A DNA stretch of 64,000 nucleotides from an uncultured Gammaproteobacteria bacterium (lineage in GTDB: Bacteria; Pseudomonadota; Gammaproteobacteria; Steroidobacterales; Steroidobacteraceae): contig CAWDAT010000003.1 in the NCBI GenBank assembly GCA_963800375.1, positions 91,697 through 155,696 of the forward strand, given 5' to 3'. The notes under the pieces are model-generated. The model was not told the DNA's origin, made no database searches, and worked only from the letters and a program-made list of their open reading frames with translations. The position numbers and the translations under genes are program-made. This document shows, in pieces, positions 1 to 9,341 of this stretch (the first letter of the stretch is position 1; each line of letters opens with the position of its first letter).

Positions 1-1035
1 GCCAAGGACGGAGAAGTGCTGTTTCCGGACCAGGTGAGCCTGTTCTATGCGGGCAAGATCGCCGATGAACTCGGTGCATTCGTGCAACTCACGTACGACG
101 GCGCCGCGGACCATTTTGCGCTCGACAACACGGACATTCGCTATGCACATCACTTGGCCTTCGGCGGCATAAATGGCAACGACCACCAACTGATTCTCGG
201 AGTCACCCTCAACAACAATCCCACCGTGCAGGACGTCTGGAACACGACCCCCGCATGGGGTTTTCCGTACTCGGGAAGCGGCGTCGCCCCAGGGCCGATC
301 ACCGCAACCCAGATCGACGGCGGCCTGGGCGGAAGCGTCGCCGGGCTCGGAGTGTATGTCTGGTTCGACGATCACTTTTACGCCGAGCTCACCGGCTATA
401 CGGCGGCGATCGTCGGCGGCGCTCATCCCCTCGACAGCACTCAGGCCAATGTGGTCCACGGCCTGTCGCCCTACTGGCGAGTGGCCTATGAGCAACGCTG
501 GGACCGCCATTCACTCTCGGTGGGTGCTTATGGGATGGATGTCAAAGAGCATCCGGGCGATGGTGCGGCCCTGCAGGGCGCCGCCAATGAATTCAAGGAC
601 GCCGCAGTGGACGTCCAGTATCAATTCATCGGCGAGGATCATTTGGCGACCGTGCTGGCGACTTACATCCACGAGAACCAGACTCTCATCGACGGATTAT
701 CGGCCAACGGCAGCAACAATCTCAAGACCGTCAAACTGACAGCCGAATACAGCTATCAGCGGCGCATCGGCGGCTCGCTCGGCTATTTTGACACCACGGG
801 CAGCACCGATATCGTTTTGTACGCCCCCGGGCCGGTTTCCGGCAGCGCGAACGGCAGTCCGAACTCCAGCGGCTATGTCATCGAGGTCAACTATCTGCCG
901 TGGCTCAATACGAAATTGCAGCTTCAGTATGTGGGCTACGAGAAATTCAACGGCAGCAGCACCAACTATGATGGAGCCGGACGCAATGCGTCGCAGAACA
1001 ACACCCTGTACGCATTGGTCTGGCTGAATTTCTAA
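1..1035 (+). CDS. Outer-membrane beta-barrel (porin-like) protein, 5' end outside window
   Basis: The frame is open from nt 1 (AKDGE precedes the listed GTG at 16). Gly/Asn/Ser/Tyr-rich alternating strand-like pattern. Ends ...NTLYALVWLNF, with a C-terminal aromatic residue typical of OM barrels. Confidence 0.6.
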   Translation, partial: AKDGEVLFPDQVSLFYAGKIADELGAFVQLTYDGAADHFALDNTDIRYAHHLAFGGINGNDHQLILGVTLNNNPTVQDVWNTTPAWGFPYSGSGVAPGPITATQIDGGLGGSVAGLGVYVWFDDHFYAELTGYTAAIVGGAHPLDSTQANVVHGLSPYWRVAYEQRWDRHSLSVGAYGMDVKEHPGDGAALQGAANEFKDAAVDVQYQFIGEDHLATVLATYIHENQTLIDGLSANGSNNLKTVKLTAEYSYQRRIGGSLGYFDTTGSTDIVLYAPGPVSGSANGSPNSSGYVIEVNYLPWLNTKLQLQYVGYEKFNGSSTNYDGAGRNASQNNTLYALVWLNF

Positions 1036-1067
1036 GGTCCTTCCGACAGTGATTCCGGAGCAGAGCT

Positions 1068-1691
1068 ATGAAATGGAATGATGTTGTTGCAGCCGCGCTG
1101 GGCGTGTCTGGAATTATTGGTGGAATGTCCTACGCCGCCGACGTGGCGAGCGAGGCTGAAAGCGCCTCCCTGAAAGCGACCATCGTCACCTGTGCGACCT
1201 GCCATGGGGACAAGGGGCGCAGCGTCTCGCCGACATTTCCGAACCTGGCGGCACAAACGGCGCCCTACATTGAACTGCAGCTCAAGGCATTCAAGAATCA
1301 AACGCGCGCCGATCCCGATGCCCAGGCCTACATGTGGGGGATGGCCTCGCCGTTGAGCGATGCAACCATCGGCGCGCTGGCCAATTACTTTTCATCGCAG
1401 CCCGCTGCGGCCGGCCGCGGCGGGAATTCCACGCTGATTTCCCAAGGCAAGCGTTTATTCGAGGAAGGGGTGCCGGCGCACCAGACTCCGCCGTGCGCTT
1501 CCTGCCATGGTGCGCACGCCGAAGGCGTTGCCATCTTCCCGCGCCTGGCGGGACAGCATGCGCCCTATTTGCTCAAGCAGCTGCTGGCCATTCAAAGTGC
1601 CCTGCGCACCGCGCCGGTCATGCATGGTGTCATCAAGGATCTAAGCAAGGATCAAATGCAGGCGGTCGTGGCTTATCTGGAATCGATCTGA
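1068..1691 (+). CDS. Di-haem cytochrome c (c4-like), periplasmic
   Basis: 207 aa with two CXXCH motifs (CATCH, CASCH). Hydrophobic N-terminal leader. ATG at 1068 is preceded by ccGGAG. Starts 32 nt after the barrel gene. Confidence 0.85.
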   Translation: MKWNDVVAAALGVSGIIGGMSYAADVASEAESASLKATIVTCATCHGDKGRSVSPTFPNLAAQTAPYIELQLKAFKNQTRADPDAQAYMWGMASPLSDATIGALANYFSSQPAAAGRGGNSTLISQGKRLFEEGVPAHQTPPCASCHGAHAEGVAIFPRLAGQHAPYLLKQLLAIQSALRTAPVMHGVIKDLSKDQMQAVVAYLESI

Positions 1692-2029
1692 TCGGTCGGC
1701 TGCGTATGGGGGCGATGGTGGCCCAGCCCCTGCAGCTGCCGCTTGGCATTGATGAAGGCTTCACGCAGGGCAAGATAGATATCGCGGTGCCCCTCGCCGT
1801 CGCTGCGCAGGCTGTCGGCATGAATGTGAGCGCGGGGCAAAGACAGATCAATCTTGACTTGATAGGCCGATTGTCTGCCTTGCGGATTGGCGGGGCCCTC
1901 GAGCGTCATATGACATTTTATGATCCCCTGGGAGAAGCGCTCCAATCGGGAGGCCAGGGTGCGCGCCCGATCCTCGAGTGCGCCGCTGCGCTCGACGTGA
2001 CGAAAGGTAAGTGTGATGGGTGACTGCAT
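1673..2029 (-). CDS. Ribosome hibernation factor, HPF/RaiA (S30EA) family, short form
   Basis: Internal ATG (cat at 2027-2029) gives MQSPITLTFRHVERSGALEDRARTLASRLERF...YQVKIDLSLP...DIYLALREAF, the typical HPF/RaiA layout. The upstream part of the 259-aa ORF is Arg/Gly-rich with no recognisable motif. Confidence 0.75.
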   Translation of the reverse strand: MQSPITLTFRHVERSGALEDRARTLASRLERFSQGIIKCHMTLEGPANPQGRQSAYQVKIDLSLPRAHIHADSLRSDGEGHRDIYLALREAFINAKRQLQGLGHHRPHTQPTDQIDSR

Positions 2030-2254
2030 GATGCGGACCAGTTGTGTGCCTGTGTTGGAGTATCGGCAATCGCCCGCCCGCGCAACATGAGGAATTTCCC
2101 CCCTCCATTGCGGTAACTCGCTAGAGTCTTCGACAGCAGCGCCGGCAGCCAGCTGCCGGCCGCCGCGGATGCGCCAGTCGGCTGGCTGCCGTCCGCCGCA
2201 AATGCAATAATCCAATAAGTGCAGTTCAGTGCGTCGTATGGGGCCCTCCTGTTC

Positions 2255-3780
2255 ATGGCCGAATTCAGCTCCATTGCCCAGCGGCTGCTGCAATTTTCCC
2301 CCGATGCCATGCTGGTGGTGGACGAGCTGGGCATCATTCGCTTTTCCAACGAGACCTCCGACACTCTGTTCGGCTATCGACCGGAACAGCTCATTGGCCA
2401 GCCCATCAAATTGCTGATTCCGGAGCGGTTTCACACTCGGCACGGCGCCCATCTGTAGCGGGTTTCATGCAGCGACCCGCCAACCGTGAAATGGGCGCCC
2501 GGATCAGCGATTTGTTTGCGCGCCGCGCCGACGGTTCTGAATTCCCGGCCGGCATACGCCTCTCGCCGTTCAAGAACGGCGAGCACAGTTTCGTGGCCGC
2601 CGCAATTCGCGATATGACGGAGCGCCGCTCCATCAGCGATGCGCTGGTGGCCGCTCGCGAAGAAGCGGATCGCGCCAATCGGGCCAAGAGCCGCTTTCTG
2701 GCCACCGCGAGCCACGACCTGCGCCAGCCATTGCAGGCCATCCGCCTCATCAATGCCTCGATGCAGAAGCTCACGGCGCAGGATTCGGAGTTGGCCGATC
2801 TGGCGCGGCACCAGGGACAGGCCATCGACAGCGCCACGCGCATGCTCAACACCTTGCTGGATATCAGCCGCCTCGAATCAGGAGCGATCGAGCCGCAGTT
2901 GACACCGGTCAGCCTCGCCGGCGCTTTTGCGGACCTGGCAGGCGAGTTCGGACCGGTGTCAGCCGCCAAAGGCATTCGGTTGGAGTTTGCGGCCACGCAG
3001 GTGATGATGTCCACCGACCTCACCTTGTTCGCCCAGCTCCTGCAGAATTTGATCGGCAACGCGCTCAAATACACCGAGCAGGGCTTCGTCAGAGTATCCC
3101 AGGTCCTGGATGCGGATTCTCTGGTGCTCAAGGTCGAGGATTCCGGGGCGGGGATTCCCGAGGACAAACTGGAGCGGATATTCGACGAGTACTACCAAAT
3201 CGGCCCGCAAGGCGCGCAACGCCCGGGAGTCGGGCTGGGCCTTGCCATCGTGCGCGAAGTATCGCGTTTGCTGGGATATTCGGTCACGGTCGAATCCACC
3301 GTGGGGCAGGGGACTTGCGTCAGCGTGCGCATCCCCCGGCATCGGCTGCTGTCGGACGCGGCAGCGCCGGCGCGCGCGGCACCGGAGGTTGCGGCGGCCA
3401 ACGGACAACCGCGGTGCCGATTGGTGCTGTTGGAGGACAATGATGCCGTGCGGATGGCGACAGAGTTGTTTCTGACCCTCGAAGGGTTTGAAACGCGTGC
3501 AGCGGCTACCGTCGCCGACGCCGAGAGCCTGTTGCAGACTATGCGCCCCGGCGATGTATTCATCACGGACTACCATCTCGAGGGCAATATTACGGGACTC
3601 GATGTCTTGAGGCAGCTGCGCGGCCGGCAAGGCCGCGATGTACCGGCCATCTTGCTCAGCGGCGATTTGCAGTCCATCGTGCGGGCGGTCAAAGATTCGA
3701 TTCCACAATGCCGCTTTCTGAGCAAACCGGTCGATACCAAGGCGTTGCTGTCGGCCATATCGGAACTCAGCGGCGCCTGA
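2255..3780 (+). pseudogene. PAS / HisKA / HATPase / receiver hybrid sensor kinase, interrupted by a 1-nt frameshift inside the PAS domain
   Basis: Frame A (2255-2458) encodes the PAS N-half (LQFSPDAMLVVDELGIIRFSNETSDTLFGYRPEQLIGQPIKLLIPERFHTRHGAHL) and ends at TAG 2456-2458. Frame B continues with ..VAGFMQRPANREMGARISDLFARRADGSEFPAGIRLSPF (PAS C-half). It then carries the H-box SHDLRQPL, an ATPase region (GNALKYT, DSGAGIP, GVGLGLAIV) and a receiver (FITDYHL, ILLSGD, SKP). Confidence 0.75.
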
Positions 3781-3870
3781 CACCGCGCCCTACGCATATC
3801 CCCTAGTATTCTGTGCCCGTCCCCAAGGGGTATCTTTGCCGGAGGATTGGCAAGCCTCGAGGAGGTCGTG

Positions 3871-4587
3871 ATGGCGTGGGTCGGCGTGCCGCGAACTGCA
3901 ATTCTTTTGAGTGCCGGCGCATGGCTTGCGCTGGCTTATGCGGGCGCGCATGCCTCGGAAGAATCGGTGGACCGGGCGACGCAAACGGCACTGTCGCTCG
4001 ATGCACATCCGGATCGCGGCGGCGCGCAATTCGCGCAGTACTGCGCACGCTGCCACGGTGCGAAAGCCGAGGGCGACGCGGGCCGCGCGATACCGTCTCT
4101 TGCCGGTCAGCGCTTTGCCTATGTCGTCCGGCAGTTGGCCAATTTTGCCGGGCTCGAGCGCGACAGCAACACCATGCACGGGGTGTTGACGCAGATAGAA
4201 CTGCGGGGGCCGCAAACCTGGACGGATATCGCGGCCTATGTGAACAGAGTGCCTCCATCCGTGGGCTCGAAATTCGGGGATGGAACGCAAGTCGCGCTTG
4301 GCCGCGGTATCTTTCACGAGCAATGCGCGAGCTGCCATCGAGCGGACGCACACGGCGACGCAGACGGCTTCGTACCGTCGTTGAGAAATCAAAACTATCC
4401 CTACCTGGCGAGCCAACTGCACAAATTGGCAGCGTACCGCCGGCACAATGTCGACGAGGATCTGGTGCGCTTCTTGGGAAGCTTCAACGACCGAGACATC
4501 AGCGCGACCGCGGACTATTTGTCGCGTCTGCAGGGCCCCGGTGCGGTTCACAAAGTAATGCGCAGCAACGGGGTCGTCGTCGACTGA
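3871..4587 (+). CDS. Di-haem cytochrome c (c4-like), periplasmic
   Basis: CARCH and CASCH motifs. Signal peptide MAWVGVPRTAILLSAGAWLALAYAGAHA. ATG at 3871 lies 6 nt after GAGGAG; the listed ORF start at 3847 is a TTG further upstream. Confidence 0.85.
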   Translation: MAWVGVPRTAILLSAGAWLALAYAGAHASEESVDRATQTALSLDAHPDRGGAQFAQYCARCHGAKAEGDAGRAIPSLAGQRFAYVVRQLANFAGLERDSNTMHGVLTQIELRGPQTWTDIAAYVNRVPPSVGSKFGDGTQVALGRGIFHEQCASCHRADAHGDADGFVPSLRNQNYPYLASQLHKLAAYRRHNVDEDLVRFLGSFNDRDISATADYLSRLQGPGAVHKVMRSNGVVVD

Positions 4588-4616
4588 TTACGGGGAGCCA
4601 TCGGAGTTCAAGCGTT

Positions 4617-5552
4617 GTGGATCGAATCGCCGATATCCTGGTCATCGTCAATCCCTTGGTGAGGGACCAGCCGGCCGTTGCCAAAGCAGCGGCCTTGGCT
4701 CGATGGTATGGGGCGGGAATCGAGCTGCTCATCTGCGACACCAAGAGCTCGCGGGAAGCCCACCTGGAGGGCACGCTGCCGGATGTCAGCAATGCACGGC
4801 TGACCGACAATGTGGAATCGGTGCTCGAGCAGATGGCCGAGCCGCTGCGGGATGACGGTCTCGAGGTCAGCACCCATGTCATCAGCGGCGACCCGCTGCA
4901 CGACACCGTCTTGACCTGGATGCGTAATTCGCCGGCGGATCTTCTCGTCAAGGATACTCACCATCACTCGTTGGCCAAGCGCACGCTTTCCACCAACACG
5001 GATTGGCATTTGATGCAAAAGTGTCTCATACCCCTGTTGTTGACCAAACCCACGATCTGGGGCACGCCGCCGGTGGTGATGGCCGCCGTGGACCCCGGCC
5101 ATGCCAACGACCCCGACGCCGCCCTGGACCATGAAATCTTGGATGCGGCGACCTCGCTGGCGAAGCCGATCGATGCGCCGGTGCATGTGGTTCATGCCTT
5201 TTTACCCGCGACGATCATGCCCGCGGCGGTTGTCAGCATGCCCGCGGTCTTTGGCGTTTCTGCGCAGGTGCTGGCGGCGGAAGGGGTGCTGAGACTTGCG
5301 CAGGTCAAGCGATTGACCCAAGCGCATGGCATTGCAGAGGCAAGGGTGCACGTGGCCGCCGCTGCGGCCGCAGAGTACCTGCCGCGAATGGCCGCAGAGT
5401 GTCATGCGGATATCGCCGTCATGGGGGTTCTCTCACGCAGCGCACTGACGCGCGCGCTGATCGGCAGCACCGCGGAGCGCATGTTGGAAAGACTTCCCTG
5501 CGATGTCCTGTTGGTCAAGCGGCACGACTTCGCACAGAATCTGCCGTTTTAG
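4617..5552 (+). CDS. Universal stress protein, tandem Usp domains
   Basis: Two Usp-like halves (ILVIVNPL...LLVKDTH and VVMAAVDPGH...IAVMGVLSRSALTRALIGSTAERMLERLPCDVLLVK). GTG at 4617 is the first start after the cytochrome stop. The upstream 268 codons of the listed ORF overlap the cytochrome gene in another frame. Confidence 0.8.
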   Translation: MDRIADILVIVNPLVRDQPAVAKAAALARWYGAGIELLICDTKSSREAHLEGTLPDVSNARLTDNVESVLEQMAEPLRDDGLEVSTHVISGDPLHDTVLTWMRNSPADLLVKDTHHHSLAKRTLSTNTDWHLMQKCLIPLLLTKPTIWGTPPVVMAAVDPGHANDPDAALDHEILDAATSLAKPIDAPVHVVHAFLPATIMPAAVVSMPAVFGVSAQVLAAEGVLRLAQVKRLTQAHGIAEARVHVAAAAAAEYLPRMAAECHADIAVMGVLSRSALTRALIGSTAERMLERLPCDVLLVKRHDFAQNLPF

Positions 5553-5577
5553 GGGCCGCAGGGGCCGGGTGACTTCA

Positions 5578-6564
5578 ATGCAGGCGATGGTTTTGCATGC
5601 TCGAGGCGCTCCGCTCGTGCCCGAGGAGCGGCCCGATCCGGTGCCGGGACCCGGCGAGGTGCGGGTTCGGGTCGAGGCCTGCGCCGTCTGCCGGACGGAC
5701 TTGCACGTGATCGACGGCGACTTGCCGCATGTCCACCACCCCATCGTTCCCGGGCACGAAATTGTCGGCATCGTGGAAGCGCTGGGTCCCGGACCCTGCG
5801 ATTTGTCGGTGGGGCAGCGGGTGGGGATACCCTGGCTGGGGAAGACCTGCGGACATTGCGACTATTGCCGGTCCGGCCGCGAGAATCTATGCGATAACCC
5901 GATTTTTACGGGATATGATCGGGACGGCGGATTTGCCACACAGGTCGTGGCTGAGTCCGCCTTTGTCATTCCTCTGGACACCTTCTCCGATCCGATCTCA
6001 ACGGCGCCCCTCTTGTGCGCCGGCCTCATCGGATGGCGGTCATTGGTGGCGACAGGCGACGCCAAGACCATCGGGTTGTATGGCTTCGGTGCCGCCGCTC
6101 ATGTGATTGCTCAGGTATGCCGGTGGCAGGGGCGAGAGGTTTTTGCCTTCACGCGCAAGGGCGATGAGCCCGCACAGGCCTTTGCGCGCTCGCTCGGGGC
6201 CGCCTGGGCCGGAGCTTCGGAGCAAGCGCCGCCCAGACTCCTGGATGCCGCCATCATCTTCGCACCTGCCGGTGAATTGGTGCCGGCGGCCCTGAGGGCC
6301 GTCAAGAAGGGCGGAAGAGTCGTTTGCGGCGGCATCCACATGAGCGACATACCGTCCTTTCCATACCAAATATTGTGGGAAGAACGCGAGATCGTCTCGG
6401 TGGCGAATCTCACCCGCCGTGACGCGGCAGCGTTCTTGCCGGTGGCGCAACAGGCGCAGGTACGAACGTCAACGTCGCGGTATGCGCTGCATGCCGCCAA
6501 TCAGGCAGTGGATGATCTGCGCCATGGGCGCATCCAAGGGGCGGCGGTACTCGTCCCCACCTGA
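5578..6564 (+). CDS. Zinc-dependent alcohol dehydrogenase family protein
   Basis: MQAMVLHARGAPL...GEVRVRVEACAVCRTDLHVIDGDLP...VPGHEIVG...CGHCDYCRSGRENLC. The catalytic and structural Zn Cys/His patterns of MDR alcohol dehydrogenases are present. Confidence 0.9.
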   Translation: MQAMVLHARGAPLVPEERPDPVPGPGEVRVRVEACAVCRTDLHVIDGDLPHVHHPIVPGHEIVGIVEALGPGPCDLSVGQRVGIPWLGKTCGHCDYCRSGRENLCDNPIFTGYDRDGGFATQVVAESAFVIPLDTFSDPISTAPLLCAGLIGWRSLVATGDAKTIGLYGFGAAAHVIAQVCRWQGREVFAFTRKGDEPAQAFARSLGAAWAGASEQAPPRLLDAAIIFAPAGELVPAALRAVKKGGRVVCGGIHMSDIPSFPYQILWEEREIVSVANLTRRDAAAFLPVAQQAQVRTSTSRYALHAANQAVDDLRHGRIQGAAVLVPT

Positions 6565-6595
6565 CTTCTTCCGGCCACATCGCAAGGACAATAGA

Positions 6596-6619
6596 GCGCC
6601 GGGCACAGATGCCCGGCGC
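6596..6619. terminator. Perfect 10-bp stem / 4-nt loop hairpin between convergent adh-like and BON genes
   Basis: gcgccgggca-caga-tgcccggcgc. On the minus-strand transcript it is followed by a U-containing tract (ucuauugucc). Confidence 0.5.
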
Positions 6620-6637
6620 GCAAGTACCCACGGTTCC

Positions 6638-7288
6638 TTATTGAACCAGCAAACGATTTTCGACATTGGCGACACCGGGGGCCGCCCATGCCGCATAAGC
6701 GGCATCCGCATGCTCCTGCCAGCTATGGACATGCCCCTTCAGGGTGACCGTGGACTCTTCCACCTTCACCTCGATGTCCTTGGCGTCGAGTGATGCATGC
6801 CGCTGGAATGCCGCTTCGATCTTGTGCTTCACATCCGCCACCTTGACCGATGCCGCGATCACGATGTTGTTGGTGACGCCCTGCACGCCCATCAGGTAGC
6901 GCACCGCATTCTCCGCCGCACTCTTCTGGAATCCCCATTGCACCTTGCCGCTGAGCGTCACCCAGCCGTCGACCACGACGGGTTTGACGGATTCCCCGCC
7001 CGTTGCAACGTGCCAGCGCAGCGCGTTGGCCGCGGCTTCGGCAATATCCGTGTCGCTGCGTGCACCGGCCAGAGGGATCTTGACCTTGATCTCATTGGCG
7101 ATCGCGCGCACGCCGCTGACCCGCTTGGTAATGTCCTCGGCGGTCCATTTGCCCGCGAAGTGGCTCACTTCGCCCGTGAGAGTCACAACCCCATCATTGA
7201 CGATGACGCCGATCTTCTTGGCATCGATGCTGGGATCCCATTGTAATTCGGATTCCACATCACGCCGAATTTCAACATCAGTTTTCAT
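6638..7288 (-). CDS. BON-domain (OsmY-like) periplasmic stress protein, three BON repeats
   Basis: Three repeats of the pattern ...V.V..GVVTL.G.V......A...A..V.GV..V.N.I.V. AAGGAG lies 6 nt before the second ATG (7288). The first ATG (7294) abuts the SD. Confidence 0.85.
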   Translation of the reverse strand: MKTDVEIRRDVESELQWDPSIDAKKIGVIVNDGVVTLTGEVSHFAGKWTAEDITKRVSGVRAIANEIKVKIPLAGARSDTDIAEAAANALRWHVATGGESVKPVVVDGWVTLSGKVQWGFQKSAAENAVRYLMGVQGVTNNIVIAASVKVADVKHKIEAAFQRHASLDAKDIEVKVEESTVTLKGHVHSWQEHADAAYAAWAAPGVANVENRLLVQ

Positions 7289-7311
7289 GTTCATCTCCTT
7301 CTACCTACGCA

Positions 7312-7325
7312 GTTGATTCATCAAC
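7312..7325. promoter_or_regulatory. Inverted repeat GTTGAT-N2-ATCAAC, 23 nt upstream of the BON start
   Basis: Read directly: gttgattcatcaac. The half-sites resemble FNR/CRP TTGAT/ATCAA, but the spacer is 2 nt rather than 4. Confidence 0.25.
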
Positions 7326-7416
7326 TCATGTTGAAGTAAAGGAAATGGAGGGGCTATTCGTGATTCCCACTATGGACGTGCAACGTCCACCTATACCCTG
7401 TGCCGATCGACGGCCG

Positions 7417-8100
7417 CTAACGCAAACGGGGCGGCTGTAGATGGCCCTCGGCATCGAAGCGGTTGGAATCGAGCAGGGTATCCGAATTGCCGAGACGCGA
7501 GATGTAATCGGCGAGCGCATTCTTTTCCTCCGAACGCATGCCCCGAAGCGCGCTCGTCATCTCCGGCGGGGCGAGGTCCCTGTGCAGATCGGCAGCCACA
7601 TCGATCTGCCGCCTCAAATAGGGGTAATGTTGGCCGGCGATGCGCGGCACCTGGTTGGCCGACTCGCCCCGACCATCGGCACCGTGGCAGGCGGCGCAAA
7701 TATGCGTGTACAGCTCCTGCCCCACGCGCAAATGCTCTCCGGAGCCGTACATCGGCGTGGGATTCCAATCGAGACCAGAGAGATAGGTGGTCAGCGCATC
7801 CATGTCGTGTTGGTTGTCGATTGTCGGGTGTGCCGTTACAACCTGCATGGCCTCATCCACGCGTGCTCCCGATCGGAACATGTTCAGCTGCTTCTTCAAG
7901 TAGCGTCTTTGCTGGCCGGCAAGATTCGGGATGGCGCCGTCGGTCGAACCCCGGGCTTTCAGTGCGTGACAGGCTCCGCAAGGCGCGTACAGACGGCTCC
8001 CTTCACCCATCGAGGGTGCGGCTTGCGCCAAGCCAAGCAATGCCATGCCGAGGACGGCCACAACCAGACAACTCCCCAATCGTTGGTGAAATCGTTTCAT
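7417..8100 (-). CDS. Di-haem cytochrome c (c4-like), periplasmic
   Basis: ATG (cat at 8098-8100) gives MKRFHQRLGSCLVVAVLGMALLGLAQA as signal peptide. CGACH and CAACH motifs. Confidence 0.85.
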   Translation of the reverse strand: MKRFHQRLGSCLVVAVLGMALLGLAQAAPSMGEGSRLYAPCGACHALKARGSTDGAIPNLAGQQRRYLKKQLNMFRSGARVDEAMQVVTAHPTIDNQHDMDALTTYLSGLDWNPTPMYGSGEHLRVGQELYTHICAACHGADGRGESANQVPRIAGQHYPYLRRQIDVAADLHRDLAPPEMTSALRGMRSEEKNALADYISRLGNSDTLLDSNRFDAEGHLQPPRLR

Positions 8101-8280
8101 GTCGACAGTGTAGATCCGCCGCCCGGTTGGCACTACAGGGAAACTACCTAGGCGTTCTGCAGCGCGCCAAACATCCGTAAAGGCAGCAATCTCATTCGGG
8201 TTTCCCACAATAGCGTTGCGGCTCTCTGGCCTGCACCCTAGCCAGGCCGAGCAAACCCGCGACGGCCGAGGGGATCATTG

Positions 8281-9333
8281 ATGGACCGCGATACACTGCA
8301 TCGGCTGCTGCGTGACATGCTGCTGTCGCGAGTCTTCGAGGAACGTGCGGCCGAGGAATACGGCAAAGGCAATATCGTTGGATTCTTGCATCTGTATCCC
8401 GGGGAGGAGGCGGTGGGAGCGGGTGTCATCAACGCTGCCGGCCCGGCCGACTATATCGTGAGCGCCTATCGCGAGCATGCGCATGCCATCATGCGCGGCA
8501 CGCCGCCGCGCAATGTGATGGCGGAACTATTCGGCCGCGCCGATGGAATGAGCGGCGGTATGGGCGGCTCCATGCACATGTTCGACGCCCAACGCCGTTT
8601 CATGGGCGGTTACGCCATCGTGGGGGAGAGCTGCCCAATCGCGCTCGGCATTGCGTATGCCGTGGCGATGCGCCGAAGCACGGAGGCCGTGGTCTGTTTC
8701 TTCGGCGACGGCGCGGTCAATCAGGGCACGTTCCACGAGTCGCTGAACATGGCGGCTCTGTGGCGGCTGCCTCTGCTGTTTGTATGCGAAAACAATCACT
8801 ATGCGATCGGCACCGAGATTCACCGGCATTCGGCCGTGGTGGAAGTCTACAAACGCGCTGCGGCCTATAACATTCCTGCCGAGAAGGTCGACGGGATGGA
8901 TGTGCTGAAAGTCTACGAGACGGCGCGCCGCGCGCTCGAGCGCATTCACGACGGCGGCGGCCCCCAGTTCATTGAGTGTGAGACCTACCGGTATCGGGGA
9001 CATTCGATGGCCGATCCCGGGACTTATCGACCGGCCGTGGAGGTCAAGGCTCAGGAGGCGCGCGATCCCATCGCCGCCGCGATTCGCGAGGTCGAATACC
9101 ACTATCCGACTGCGGCCGAGCTGGCCGTGGCGGGCCCGGACAACATCGCACGTCTCACGCGACATATGGTTGATGCCGGTCATGCGGCCGAGGCGCAAGT
9201 CGAGGAATTGAAGAAGGAGGTCGGCGCAGCCGTGGAGGATGCAGTGCAGTTCGCCCTGCAAAGCCCGCAGCCGACCATGGATGCGGCATGGGCACATCTG
9301 AACTGCAACCGACGGCAAGAAGTACTGATATAG
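8281..9333 (+). CDS. 2-oxoacid (pyruvate/acetoin-type) dehydrogenase E1 alpha subunit, TPP-dependent
   Basis: LLSRVFEERAAEEYGKGNIVGFLHLYPGEEA...GDGAVNQGTFHESLNMAALWRLPLLFVCENNHYAIGT...YRYRGHSMAD. ATG at 8281 follows GAGGGG. Confidence 0.9.
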   Translation: MDRDTLHRLLRDMLLSRVFEERAAEEYGKGNIVGFLHLYPGEEAVGAGVINAAGPADYIVSAYREHAHAIMRGTPPRNVMAELFGRADGMSGGMGGSMHMFDAQRRFMGGYAIVGESCPIALGIAYAVAMRRSTEAVVCFFGDGAVNQGTFHESLNMAALWRLPLLFVCENNHYAIGTEIHRHSAVVEVYKRAAAYNIPAEKVDGMDVLKVYETARRALERIHDGGGPQFIECETYRYRGHSMADPGTYRPAVEVKAQEARDPIAAAIREVEYHYPTAAELAVAGPDNIARLTRHMVDAGHAAEAQVEELKKEVGAAVEDAVQFALQSPQPTMDAAWAHLNCNRRQEVLI

Positions 9334-9341
9334 GAAGGACC

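Noticed and set aside
3813-4616. N-terminal 268 codons of the 579-aa ORF 3813-5552
   Set aside because: This part overlaps the cytochrome c gene (3871-4587), which has CXXCH motifs, a signal peptide and an SD, in another frame. Its composition is Arg/Gly/Ala-rich shadow-like. The Usp homology only begins after 4617.
7312-7325. Calling the GTTGAT-N2-ATCAAC palindrome an FNR/Anr box
   Set aside because: FNR-type boxes have a 4-nt spacer (TTGAT-N4-ATCAA). This one has 2 nt and sits ~23 nt from the start codon. It is kept only as an unassigned inverted repeat.
8128-8146. Sigma-54 promoter (TGGCAC at 8128-8133) upstream of the E1alpha gene
   Set aside because: The -12 element is missing: TGGCAC-tacag-GGAA instead of TGGCAC-N5-TTGC.
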